64,000 nt of DNA from Octopus vulgaris (taxonomy: Eukaryota): positions 130,882,001 to 130,946,000 of the forward strand of contig OX597816.1 of the NCBI GenBank assembly GCA_951406725.2, read 5' to 3'. The notes beneath the pieces are model-generated. The model saw only the letters and a program-made list of their open reading frames with translations. It searched no databases and had not been told where the DNA came from. Shown here piece by piece: positions 13,718 through 27,600 of the stretch. Position 1 is the stretch's first letter. The number at the start of each line of letters is the position of its first letter. The translations under genes and the position numbers were made by a program.

Positions 13718-15332
13718 ATCGGATGAATGTAAGTTCGTCCTTTAATAAGAATTTTTTCCTTAGATTTTAATGTCTTTTCTTAATATTTTCTTCATATTCG
13801 AATTTTGTTTTGTAAAAAGTTGTATAAGTACGAAAGCTTGTATAGAAATAGTTAGTATATGACATAAGTTATTAAACAAAGTTCAACAAATTTATTCATA
13901 TTAATGAAATGAAGGAGATTGGACGTTAAAATGGATTTTAGATTTTATTTTCATATTCCTATACAATTATTTTTTATAAACGGATGAAGATTTTCATAAA
14001 CAGAACATCGTAATGGTCAAATTTGTTTTCTTCAGTAGGTGATATTTAAAGGACAATAAACATGAACAAAAAGACGTTTAAAATATAGATTTTTTCTTAG
14101 TTATTATTGGGGGGGGGGTTTATATATTCTTTCATCCAGTCACGCTTATTTGCATCTAGACGAAAAAAATAATAGGACTTGGGTGGTAATATATCTGGTA
14201 TTTAATTTGATTTCCTGTCTATGAAATCCTATTTATATCTCTATTTAAAACTCCTTGAAAATATGTTTACTGATCAAGATGCATTTGTATATATGTTCAG
14301 AATTACCAAATAAGGAACTATAATTCATTTCAAATTCATATTTAATATTTCTTGAACGTCATCTCTCATTTCTACTAAGTTTTTAAGTAAATAAGTAGTT
14401 GGTACTAGGATGTGAGAATGATTGACAGTTTGTATAGTTTTTTTTATTAAATAATAGCTCAATAATTAATAGACAAACACAGGTGTTATATGTGGTGGTT
14501 ATTTATCTAAACACAGATTGATAAATTCAAAATGAACTTTACGAAATATCTACAATATGAATAAAAATGTATAAAAAGGAACTACTTACGTGATTGTCTT
14601 AATATATAATAAATAAAAAATATATAATCAGATATTGAGGTATTTTGTATATAAGAAAAGTTTCTTATAATAAATGTTATTGTGTAGATATATGGCGAAA
14701 ATAATTTTCATATAGAGGAAATTTTAAAAAATGATGTGAATTTATGAGTATTGTAGGGGAGACAACAATTGAAGTACCTGGATATTCTATAAATAACATA
14801 TACTTACACAGACGTGCATAGATTTTCATATACATACGTAAATGCTCGTGCACATACCCATAATAACGTTAGTTAAATCAATTTCAATCGTATTTTATTT
14901 TGGAGAAATAAGGCTTGAACTTTCATTATAGTAGTATCTCTGGAAAACCAGTGGAATTATTATTTATATAAACTTAAAGACTAGTCGCAATTTAGCATAT
15001 AATTTTTCTTATTGCAGTTTACTATTAATGCCGATGCAGTTTATTAATAATACCGAATACATTGGTTTACATGTCTCTTTGTTGTAGCTTTATTACAGTT
15101 AGTGTTTAATCCAGCCTATATATTGATTGATTGAAGTAATGTGGTCATTAAGCTTTTACAGTATACTACAGAAGACGGTCGGGATTATAATTTTTGTATG
15201 ACTTAAGAGAGTTGCCGCTGTTTAGTTACATATTTAGGAGGGGTTGTAATCTACTTATTGAATTTATTTATCGATACGGTTGAACATAGGGTAAATGTGT
15301 TTGAAAGTTGTGGTTTCTTTGGTTTGTTTTAG

Positions 15333-15413
15333 TTCTGTTGATACCGCGGGATTGAATGGTACTGCCCAGGTGTCGAAACCACAATGATATCCGTGGGGCA
15401 GCTGATGATGGAG
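15333..15413 (+). CDS. Candidate exon 4 with a reading-frame break
   Basis: Strong acceptor tttctttggtttgttttag and donor ag|gtatgt. The incoming frame reads SVDTAGLNGTAQVSKPQ* (TGA 15385-15387). A second frame, MVLPRCRNHNDIRGAADDG, exits in phase 1 and matches exon 5. Confidence 0.5.
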
Positions 15414-15600
15414 GTATGTTGGATTGTTGGTATGGCTGTGGAATAATATTATAACTCATTCTATTATTACACACACACACAGATGGACATGCATACATAC
15501 ATACATACATACATACATACATACATACATACATACATACATACATACATACATACATACATTAAAACAGAAAAGCCGCGAGATTCATATCTCAAAAGAT

Positions 15601-15631
<31 letters not shown>

Positions 15632-15720
15632 GATATATATTTGATTTTTGATTTTGATTTTTCCAGTTTCAGCTAATGAGCTGTGGCCATGCTGGGGCAC
15701 CGCCATTTTGCTGGGGCACC

Positions 15721-15799
<79 letters not shown>

Positions 15800-16049
15800 T
15801 CTTACATACACATCCAAAAATGGATATATAGATATAGAAGTTATATATTTACTGATAGGGCATTTACTTCTTGAATATTCCATGATATAAATAAATTCAA
15901 TAAAATTCAATAAAAATTTGCAAGAGAATATTACTATTCTTTCCTATGGATGTACAAAGACAAAAATTTATAAATGCAAATGTATAAATAGTAAAAAAAC
16001 CTATTGTAAAGTATACCCATACCCGCTTATACATTCGTATATATTCACT

Positions 16050-16210
<161 letters not shown>

Positions 16211-16236
16211 CATACATACATACATACATACATACA

Positions 16237-16268
<32 letters not shown>

Positions 16269-16555
16269 CATGTACACACATATATACATGTACGCACATA
16301 TACACACATAGGTATATTACATGGAAAAATGCGAGCATGAAAATTAATATTCTAAATAAGCAAATACATATGGTAAAAGATTTTCTCACACCTACATATT
16401 TGCCCGATAGGACATGTTTAAATCCTTCTAATTAGAAATTAGAAATTGTGTATGTGCTACTTTGATTTACACACTCTCCGAGAATAAGCCCATTTATTCT
16501 TGTGTGTGTTTAGGCGCATATCCTGGCAATGGATAGGTGTAATTTACATACATAC

Positions 16556-16600
<45 letters not shown>

Positions 16601-16601
16601 T

Positions 16602-16658
<57 letters not shown>

Positions 16659-16847
16659 CACACACACACGCACACATATATAGAGATACAAATCTCTTGT
16701 TTCCCAAATCCAGGGTGTTAAGGTCGTCTACATGTACAATCAGAAAAACATACTTTCAGAAATAGATCTGATCGAATATGTAAATCTATAGGTATTTTCA
16801 TATTTAAACATGAATATTAAATCTATAAGTATTTCATACTTAAACAT

Positions 16848-16894
<47 letters not shown>

Positions 16895-17099
16895 ATCTAA
16901 TGGGTCCAAATAAGCTATTATAGTCATTTTGCTTGGTTATAAAACAATTAGTTAATTTTGGCTATTGCGGTATTATAGATTTATGTTAGAATTCTTCAAT
17001 TGTATATATCAATTTAGTTATTAATATATAATGTGATGCTATGTCTTAGTTTAATAATGGTTATATTTTTAAAAAGTTGATGATGTTTAGGTGGCATTG

Positions 17100-17880
17100 A
17101 GTCACATCAATAAATCACTTTAGTTTAATAAACATGTACCTTCTTATGTGACTGCATGAAAAAACATTTTCATTCCTCATATTAACCAGGTTCCCTTTTC
17201 TTTTCATTATTTTATAGTTTTCCTCTAGGCATAATTTACAGGATTTAATGTTAATATTGTAACAAGGTGCATGTACTAAAATGTTCCATTTGATTATAAA
17301 GTTGTTTTTTTTTTCAGATTCCATATTTACTTTGAAAGTCCTGTACTATTCATTTTGTTTTGGCCTCTGAATGTTGAATGATGGTTCGCGATTTTTAATT
17401 TAATCACATTCTGCGTCGATCCGATATAATATCCTTTGCTTTTTCGTCTGCAATCCCTGTCTAACTTGCATGTTTTTGGGTTTCTATAATTACAATTTAT
17501 ATTTTGTCAAGATAATGAAATATTCTTCTTCGTCTTTGTTGATTCATATAAGCTATTGTGAGTAGAGGTATTTATATTATCAAAGGTGCTATTTATATTA
17601 TTATGTTCTACTTTTTTTCTGTATTAATTGTGATTTTTTTTTATTTTCATAGAATAAATCGAATTTTCTATTATTAAAGTAAGATATTATCCTAAAAAGG
17701 TTGGGAGAAACAGAAAATCCAAATCTTATATATTTGTTATTAAATATTTTTCCGTATCTAGTGTTTTTACAGTTTTTTTTATAATCATTCTAATAGATTT
17801 AATAAAATTTGTCTTTAATTGTTTAGCGAAAAGTATTTTGATCCATGTAGTTTTATCTGAGTCTACCTTACTCATACTTT
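17100..17880 (-). pseudogene. Penelope-like element remnant (RT-to-GIY-YIG linker and endonuclease)
   Basis: NCNYRNPKTCKLD and IKWNILVHAPCYNINIKSCKLCLEENYKIM...LVNMRNENVFSCSH match the CNCR...CPL and KW.IL...C.LCL.EK...LN.R.E....C.H pattern of PLEs. Confidence 0.75.
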
Positions 17881-17925
17881 GATTTTTAGTCACAATATCA
17901 TTTGAAACGCGAAGTGTCGATTCTC

Positions 17926-17983
<58 letters not shown>

Positions 17984-18619
17984 CGCTCTCGCTCTCTCTC
18001 CCTCTATTTTTCTCTAATTATGGCTGTACATTTTATGGAGTGTTAAAACTGTCTTGCACATTCAATCTCTCTGTTATCTTCCAAATTAGCATCCTCACTC
18101 TTTGCCTCTCTCTCTCCCTCTCTCTCTCTCTCCCCTCTCTCTCTCTCTCTCTCTGCTTGAGTGGAATATTGAAATAGAGAATGAGAGAAACAATCAAGAT
18201 TAAATCCTTATTGGCGACCAAAGCAGTATTAGTGCAAAGCATAATTTGTGTATTATACTTACAGCGTACATGTCATTGAAAGCCTGAGAAACTGCGGTAT
18301 TTGTCTCGAGAAAGAATTTCTTATAGAAGTATTCTGTTAATATAGCAGTAGCAGATGAAAACCGTAGCGGTGGTGACGTTTCTAAAAGGATTTTATGCTT
18401 TTTTGAGCCTTATTAGTAGCAAGTAACCCCTAGCAATAACATGCCAAAATAAATTTAACCTCTCCTGGTATAGAGAGATATTTAGATAGAATCAGGAGAC
18501 GAGTGGTGGTGAGCGATGGCGATGATAGTGGTGATATCTTTGTGGGACATTAAATTTTGGTTTTTCTTCTCTTCAGTCTGACTTTAACTTTTATCTCTCT
18601 TACTCTCTCTCTCTCTCTA

Positions 18620-18664
<45 letters not shown>

Positions 18665-19184
18665 ATCTATCTCTCCCTCTCTCTCTCTCTTTATCTATCT
18701 ATCTCTCTATCTCTATCTCCGCACACACGTGGAATAGAGATAGATAGGTAAGACACACATCTTGAGAAATTTAGGAAAAAGGCATGAAAAGAGTAATGCA
18801 TCCATATTAGTAGCAATATTCTTTCGAACATTCTGTCTTTGCTAGCTGCTTCTCTCTCTCTCTCTCTCTTCTCTTCTCTTCTCTCTCTCTCTTTCTCTCT
18901 GGCATAATAAAGTAGAGAAAGATAGAACTTGAGACACACATACACACACGCACACACATATATGTGTAATTATGTATGTACGTATGTGTGTATGTATGTA
19001 TGTATGTATGTATGTATGTATGTATGTATGTATGTATGTATGTATGTATGTATGTGCGTATGTATGTATGTATGTGCGTATATATATAAGAAAGCGAACA
19101 GAGAGGATAGTGCTTGCGATGATACCCCTGGTTTCCAAACTGAATCATACGTTAATACGTTATTGGACTTTAAAGCACAAAATG

Positions 19185-19353
19185 CTTTGCGGTATTTCGT
19201 CCCTCTTTACGTTCTGAGTTCATATGATGTCTAGGTGGACTCTGCCTTTCATCTTTTCGAGGTCGATGAAATAAATGCCAGTTGAGCACTGTGACTGATG
19301 TAATCGATTTACCTCTCCTCCAAAATTGCTGGCATTGTGCTAAAATTTGAAAC
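19185..19353 (+). mobile_element. SINE family B
   Basis: tacgttctgagttca...gcctttcatcttttcgaggtcgat...aaaatttgaaacc. Confidence 0.75.
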
Positions 19354-20323
19354 CGCCACCATACACACCATGTATGCATGTGTGTGTGCGAAAAAATGCT
19401 TTTAAATTTAAAAATTTGAAAAAAAGACTATTTCAAATTTGACCAGATTAACAAATATGGAAGATACGAAGTAGATGTTTATGTAAGCGGTATATAGTTA
19501 CATGGATAACATCTAAACATGTAGCTATATACCGCTAACATGTGTTTAAATAGCTGATTATAGCTGCAAGTGCTTACACACAAAAATTCTCTTCACGTCA
19601 TCCAAAAGGTGCATGTTAAATTTTTCATGAGATTTTTATTTTATATAAAATTCAAAATGTCGTAGCTAAGCTACTTTAATACATGCATACATTCATACAT
19701 TCATACATACATACATACATACATACATACATACATACATACATACATACATACGTGTGTGTCTGTGTGTGTGTGAGAGAGAGAGAGAGAGAGTGTGTGT
19801 GTGTGTGTGTGTGAACACTGAGCAGACGCTTTGGGGGTAAAGTAAACTTCTCCGTAATAACAGAAATCTGTTTTCTCTTAAAAGTATCTCCTCTATATCA
19901 GTAAAATTATTTTCATTCTGATAATAGTAATCAATATAAGCACTCAGCAAAAAAAATATAGGCAACACGAAACACAAAAACTTACGTCACTTTTCTTAGA
20001 GATGACATTTTTATTTAAAATTAATCCCGCCACATTGGCAAAAAATTACATGAAAGAAATATTTAAAAATTTGGTAAGCTGATAACAGCAAACACCGGTT
20101 AGTCAAATGTGGTTTCCCTTTTTCTGAAAAACGTCTCAGGATAAAATATGCAGTAATAAATACAGAATCAGTAAAAGTGTTTTACTATTGTAATTTTCTA
20201 ATATGAAAACAATTCTTAAGCTGGAACATATTTTGCATCCTTAATTTCGTATATGTGTGTGTGATTATTATATGTGTAAAACAGAAATATTTATCACCGG
20301 TGTTATAAATGAAACTTGTTACT

Positions 20324-20359
<36 letters not shown>

Positions 20360-20361
<2 letters not shown>

Positions 20362-21012
20362 AAATGGGACAAGAACTCAAAACATCTAGACAGTCAGATG
20401 ATACAAAAAAGGGACAACAAAACATCCAGACAGACGATACAAACAAAAACAAGGACGGGCCATTCGGAGTTTTATTTCCTCAGTCGAGTTCCAGATTATC
20501 TTTGCAATTTCGGCTTGTTATACTCGAGATTGCTCCAATATGGCCAGCCCCAAGGAAAAACTAAGCTAAGAGCATTAGACTCCTTGGAAGAAAGCAGCGA
20601 ATGTATACGAAAGCAAGGTCGGAAAAAAAAACGGGGAATGTTACACAGATACAAATAACAGGACATAACAAGTGTCTTTCGACTAAAGACGAATTGAATT
20701 AAGCTGGCTTGTGTGGAAATAAGGCTTTACGGCAGGGATACAAGATTTCACAGGCACAGGGAGGAATATAGATGTACGGACGGCAGCCAAACGAAGAAAG
20801 AAGGGCCAGACTTGGCCGGTCACGTGGGAAGAGAAGAGAGAGAGAGGTAGAGGCAGAGGGACACTAGAATTAAGGAGGAGCGACAAAAAGTGACAGAGAC
20901 ACACGGAAGTGAAAAGAGGAGAGAAAGTGAGCATGAAGAGAAGGCAAGGAAATGTGAGAGAGGGGGGAACGAAAGAACGAAGAGTGGAATGAACGAAGTA
21001 AGCGTGAAAGAG

Positions 21013-21015
<3 letters not shown>
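20360..21015. repeat. Dispersed repeat inserted in (TA)n; partial second copy at 35828-35995
   Basis: aaaatgggacaagaac...ctcagtcgagttccagattat...ttatactcga is shared by both loci. Confidence 0.75.
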
Positions 21016-21080
<65 letters not shown>

Positions 21081-21430
21081 ACAATTATTCGGTTGCCATA
21101 GTAAATCTCCGAGCTTTGGATGTCGGGGCGGAAACCTGCACCGGCATCTCTTCAGTTATCGAGGCAATTAAAATATTCTATGAAAATGACCGTTAAACAA
21201 AGGGAAATTATTATGTAATTGACTGTTATTAAGACAAAAGAGCTATTAGAATGACCGTTAAATAAGGGAAAAAACAGAAGGGGAGGAAGTAAAATGTAAA
21301 GGAGTACTCTTTTACTTTATTAGATTTATTATGGCATCTGAATTATTGTCACATATTATATTGCAAAGAAATTCCTCTATTCACATATCAAGGTCTCTTT
21401 CATTCTTTTGTTGTCTTACCATTACTATTA

Positions 21431-21462
<32 letters not shown>

Positions 21463-21705
21463 ATTTTAATAAAGATGTATTATTACCGTTATTAATGATA
21501 TTAATAAGGTAATAAGGTAGCTAGAAAGTTTATACCTTTACAGACAAAAAAATACACCTTTACAGGTACAATATAAGCTAAATTTAGATTCAGTAGGGCA
21601 TTTAACACCGCTTGCTAAAATCAGAGCCAACTGAATCTAAATTTAGCTTATATATGTGTGTGTGTGTGCGTGTGTGTATATATATATATACACGTATATA
21701 CACAT

Positions 21706-21788
<83 letters not shown>

Positions 21789-21896
21789 CATACATATACA
21801 TACATACATAGGTATGTCTATACATATACAAATATACACATATATATGTATATATATATGTATATATATATAAACACATACATATTTATATATATG

Positions 21897-21949
<53 letters not shown>

Positions 21950-22087
21950 AATTAAGGACTTAATTGGTATATATAAATATTTTAATCTTCGGATTCTTTC
22001 TTTAATCTGCTAGACCACTGGTTCTAATTGATAAATATCAATTTCTACCCTAAATTTAATTATATATATATACATATATATAGGTGC

Positions 22088-22150
<63 letters not shown>

Positions 22151-22399
22151 CATACCTACATACATACATACATACATACATACATACATACATACATACA
22201 TACATACATACATACATACATACGAATGTGAGATTTGTGGTGGGAATCGCGTTGCCATATGGTTTCATTATGTGATATATAAGACGGAAACGATTTTGTC
22301 ATATCACATACGTAAAATGGAAATGAGACTGATATGTAATTCTGGTGCATGACAACTACATTTGAAACAAAGTTGTGTGAAACGATAACAAACAAATAA

Positions 22400-23200
22400 A
22401 TGGAACAGGAAAACTCTAAACCTGTGGTGATATTGCCACCTGGCAAGTGAGAAAGGAACAATAGTGCCATGCAGCATTTAAGTAATAAGCAACAATATTA
22501 TCATGTGGTAACGGTGTTACATGACAAAGGCGATGTGAGCAATATTGACATGTAGCGACAGACAAGAACAATAGCACCATGTTACATGACAGATGAGACA
22601 GGAAAAATTACCGTGTGATGACATAATCACAAGGCAAATTAAACAGAAACAATATTTTCGTGTAGCATTGTCATACGACATGAAATAGGAATAACATTAT
22701 CATGTGCTGACATTGTCGCATGAGGAATGGGACAGGAACACTGTTATCATGTGATGAGATCATCACGTGTTAGATGAGTCAGGTAAAATATTGTCATGTG
22801 GGAACATTGTCACGTGAAATGATACAGGAACAATATTGATATGTGGTGATATCGTCACGCGAAAAACCGATACAGGAGCAATATTTTAACATGTAGTAAC
22901 ATTGTCACATGACAAATGAAACGAGAAAATATTGACATGTGGTGACATTGTGGTATGCCAGATGAGACTGGAAAAATATTGACCATGTGGCAACATTGTC
23001 ACGTGACAAATGATTAGGGAACACTCATTCCATGAAGTGACATAGCCATATGACAAATGAGGGAGAACAACATTGACATGTGGTGATCTTATCAGATGAG
23101 GAATAAGACACGAAAAAGCTATTGCTATGTGGTGACAGTGTCACATGACAAATAAAACTGGAACAATATTGTCATGTGTGACAACGTCACATGACAAGGT
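22400..23200. repeat. Degenerate ~47-bp tandem array (about 17 units)
   Basis: Consensus approximately catgtggtgacattgtcacatgacaaatgagacaggaacaatattgt. Unit starts near 22701, 22748, 22795, 22840, 22890, 22936, 22984, 23031, 23077, 23126 and 23173. Confidence 0.85.
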
Positions 23201-24027
23201 AGCCATGAGAAATGTTTGGAACTCGTTTGATATAAAAGATTTATTTTGTATAAAGACTTATATAGTTTTAGTTTATTTTTTAATCAAGAACTAAATCATG
23301 TTAGAACGAATGTTAACCTTATTATATAATAGGGAACAGATGGTTTCTCCTTCGTTCTTTCTTACGTTCTATCATTTATTTTCTCCGTCCTTTCGCTGTC
23401 TCTCCTTCCCCTTCTCTCTTTCTCTTTTTCTTTCTTTCTTTCATACTCACTTTCACTCGTTCTTTCTTTCTGCATCTCTGTCCACATCTCACTTTTTCAA
23501 AGTTTGACTGATTATCCGTCTCCTTTAAATTTGTCTTCCATACGCACGCACCAGTCACGCACAAACACACTCCCTCAGTCCATCTCTCTTCCTTTTCACT
23601 CCCTTTCTCGCATTCTCTTTGTGTCTTTCTTGCTATATTTATTTTTCTCCTTTTTCTTCCTCTCGTTTTCTCTAACATTCCATCTGTCTGTCTCTTTTAC
23701 TCTCTCTTTCTTCCCACCCGCTCTCTCTCTGACATCGGTTGTCTTTCATTTTCGTTTTAAAGACATCCTCTGGAAATAGTGAATGTCCTGTATATTTGTA
23801 TTATGTTTATATAATGCAGTCTACGTAAATAAAAACCAAATATGTAACATGTCTATAATGAAGTGGACACTTAGTAAAATGAATAAAATATACGGAAATT
23901 TGAAATGAAATAAATATATTATATAAACACTGAGAGAGAGAGAGAAGAAGAGAGGATGGAGAGAGAGAAAGAAAGACATACATACAAATATATATATATG
24001 TGTGTGTGTGTGTGTATGTATATATAC

Positions 24028-24399
<372 letters not shown>

Positions 24400-24843
24400 T
24401 GGGGGTGAATTAACAACTGATGAAATCTTAGGGTTACTCTCCAAGGATGAATACTGATTTTTTTCCAGAGAAAGAGAGAAAAATCAACTTCAGTGTTGGA
24501 TTTGTATTTCATTTATCGACCTGAAAGGATGAAAGTTAATGTCGAAGTCAGAGCCCTGTGGTGTCAAATATATGGATTCAGGTAATCTGGTAGTACTCAT
24601 AAAAAAAGCTGAAAGTGCATCTTGGGTACTGGATTTGCAAACTCCTTATAAATGGTCCATGGGTGTCCTCTTTCTCGTATATTTTTCTAACATTCATGTT
24701 CAGAGAGCAGCTGATTTCCATAACAGAGCATATCTTTTCTTTGTGGTCCCACGTATGTATGTATGTATGTATGTATGTATGTATGTATGTATGTATGTAT
24801 GTATGTATGTATGTATGTATGTATGTATGTATGCATGCATGCA

Positions 24844-24878
<35 letters not shown>

Positions 24879-25049
24879 ATGTATGTTTTATACTCTTTTA
24901 TTTTTAGAAGCTAGTTTTTTATAAAGATAAGCGTTATCCTTAGGATGTAGATAACAAAATTAATCTCACATGTTGAACTCGAGAAATGTATTGCATGTTT
25001 TTACTGTTCCGCTTACAGACTGTAATTATATATATTTATGCGCGTGTAT

Positions 25050-25255
25050 ATGTTTGTGTGTCTGTGTTTGTTCCCCCAACATCGCTTGACAACCGATGCT
25101 GGTGTATTTATGTCCCCGTAACATAGCGGTTCGGCAAAAGAGACCGATAGAATGAGTAATAGGCTTACAAAGAATAAGTCCTGGGGTCGATTTGCTCGAC
25201 TAAAGGCAGTACTCCAGCATGGCCACAGTCACATGACTGAAACAAGTAAAATAGT
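25050..25255 (+). mobile_element. SINE family A, 3' half
   Basis: gcttgacaaccgatgctggtg...ccagcatggccacagtcacatgactgaaac. Confidence 0.8.
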
Positions 25256-25637
25256 AAAAGAGTACTGTTTTAAAGACGGAAGGACGTATTGCATAATATG
25301 ACTCTAGGTGCATTGTGCCAACAAAAAAAAAACAAAAAAAAACTGGTTGGTTAGGGCCGGAACACATTTAATTAGAGGCCTGCTCAATCAGGGCAAATAT
25401 TGTGCCAAACATCAATAATTTCAGAGAACTGTTATCCAATATATTTAATCATTTTAGGTAGATGTAACAATTCGAGCCTCTGAACAAAGGCTCGTTTCTT
25501 TGGAGCAGCAACAGTAGCACACTGAATAAATATACTTTGGTCATCTTACAAGCCACAAACATCAAAATAGACTGGAAGGTGAAGAGAATATTCAGAATGT
25601 CAGACTGTGCATTTTAAGTTAACCGCTGCATGTCGGG

Positions 25638-25885
25638 TGGAGATGTGTGGCCTAGTGGTTAGAGTATTTGACTCATGATCGTAAGATTATGATTTCAATT
25701 CTTGAATCGGGTAATGGGTTGTGTTTTTGAGCAAAACACTTCATTTCATGCTGCTCTAGTTGCGCCAATTAACAAAAATGAATAATCCTGCGACGGACCG
25801 GCGTCCTATCCAATAGGTAAATATATATATATATATACGTCACGAAAACCGAAAAACCGGCCCTTATGAGTTCATAAGGCTTGAT
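25638..25885 (+). mobile_element. tRNA-derived SINE with V-domain-like segment
   Basis: gtggcctagtggttag head, then cctgcgacggaccggcgtcctatcca, which resembles the V-SINE central domain as I recall it. Confidence 0.6.
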
Positions 25886-26071
25886 AAGGATGTTTTTTTT
25901 TTTATCTTTACTGTATGTCGGTGTGTGCAATGTGTTTCTCAGCTAGACAAAGGGATAATATGTTTACAACAACAATTGCGTATGTTGCACTTAATCGCTT
26001 GACGATTAACTTCGTGGATTGCGTCTGCTCTATCGAAGTTGAACCAGCCTTACACAACAATCGTCTCAAAT

Positions 26072-26940
26072 TTGACTACGTGTAATGATACTAGTGTAAC
26101 GATTCCTTTCATAATGGGGTATCATTACACGTGGTCAATTCCAAGAGCCTAAATCCATTTGTAACTGTCGCAACCCAGGATCCTGTCTACTTGACCAACG
26201 ATATATGATTAAATCTATCATATATTAGGCAGAAGTTACTGCAACCCTAAATGATAATACAACTGATAAGAAGACCTATACAGGATTATGTGAAGAAGAA
26301 TTTAAAAATCGCTATGCATTGGCATAGCGATTTTAAAATTCTCCTTCCAACATAGGGACAAAAGCAAAGCTCCTACGTTGGCTAGCTACGTATGGAGTTT
26401 GAAAGATAACGAAACACCACATGTGATTAAGTGGAAAACAATTGAGAAATCAATACCTTATGTTAATCAATCTGATAAATGTAGCCTTTGTTTCGCTGAA
26501 AGAATACAAATCTGTTCATATCGAAGTTCCCCAGCTCTCTACTGAACTCTAGGTCTGAAATTTTCAGCGGTTGCATGCATATGCATGCATATATTTCGAA
26601 GAATTGGAAAATTCAGCCTATTCCTGATTAACTCGTTGATATCTTTGCAGCCTTATAATTTAAGGTCTAAGCACGATAACTATTTTACCTTTTTACTTTT
26701 TACAGTTTAGTTTTTGTGTTTTCGCTTTCCGTCTTTTTAAACTTCCGCGTTTTCTATATCGTTTTCTATATCACATTTCTTCTTATTCAATTTTTTTTAG
26801 TTCGTTATGATATGTGGTTTGTGCCTGATGAATATGTTTGAGATAAGTCTCAGCATATAAAACTATTAGTAGCACTTAAAGACACGTATTGTGTCCTTTA
26901 AATAGATAATAAATAAATAATATTTATCTCTCACCAGATA
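26072..26940 (+). mobile_element. 5'-truncated Penelope-like element: GIY-YIG remnant plus 3' pLTR region
   Basis: CNCRNPGSCLLD...IIY*AEV...KTYTGLCEEEFKNRY and LASYVWSLKDNETPHVIKWKTIEKSIPY...KCSLCFAER...LLNSRSEIFSGCMH. A short 5' inversion lies at 26072-26138 and a hammerhead motif at 26821. Confidence 0.85.
26821..26875 (+). ncRNA. Minimal type I hammerhead motif, core-mutated
   Basis: gtgc-CTGATGA-[atatgtttgaga/tctcagcatat]-AAAA(expected GAAA)-ctatta-GTA-gcac. Stem I gtgc/gcac pairs perfectly. Confidence 0.65.
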
Positions 26941-27263
26941 GAGTGCATTTACTGAATTTCTATCACGGAACAGTACATTACACACACACAGACACACACA
27001 CACACATATATATATATAGAGAGAGAGAGACCATTCATACATATGTGTGCGTTTATGTATGTATGTGTTTCTGTATGTATGAACGAGTGTATGTATATGT
27101 ACCCATGGGTGTACGTGGAAGATCCACTTGTGATAAACGTTCGATTTTATAGTTAATTACAAACGGTAAGTCGTATTCAAGAGGACCAATTGAATAAAAT
27201 ATTTCTTGCATTTTGTCGCATTTTATCGTTTGATAACTGTGTAAGTGTGTGTGTATGTGTGTT

Positions 27264-27332
<69 letters not shown>

Positions 27333-27600
27333 TGGCACACATATATACATACAGTTGAACTTATCGATATTTCTATTCAGTATCCAGCTAACTAAATGAT
27401 TTATGGATGTTTTAACGAAATACATATTGAGAAAATGAAATAGCATCTAATTGCCTATGGTTTACATATCGGAAGCACAGATAGTAACATTTACACTGGT
27501 AATTATATTAGTATGTATGTATGTATGTATGTATGTATGTATGTATGTATGTATGTATGTATGTATGTATGTATGTATGTATGTATGTATGTATGTATTA

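Noticed and set aside
13780-14790. Possible very old Penelope RT remnant
   Set aside because: Only faint motif resemblance (QVVG-like) in very AT-rich sequence.
8102-15413. Multi-selenocysteine reading of exons 2-4 (alternative frame with only TGA stops, including C-TGA)
   Set aside because: Off-frame TGA is expected from NNT-GAN codon pairs. The same frame in exon 1 has TAG stops. No SECIS or selenoprotein similarity was recognised.
22400-23200. CRISPR-like array
   Set aside because: Contiguous degenerate units without unique spacers, eukaryotic context, and no cas genes.
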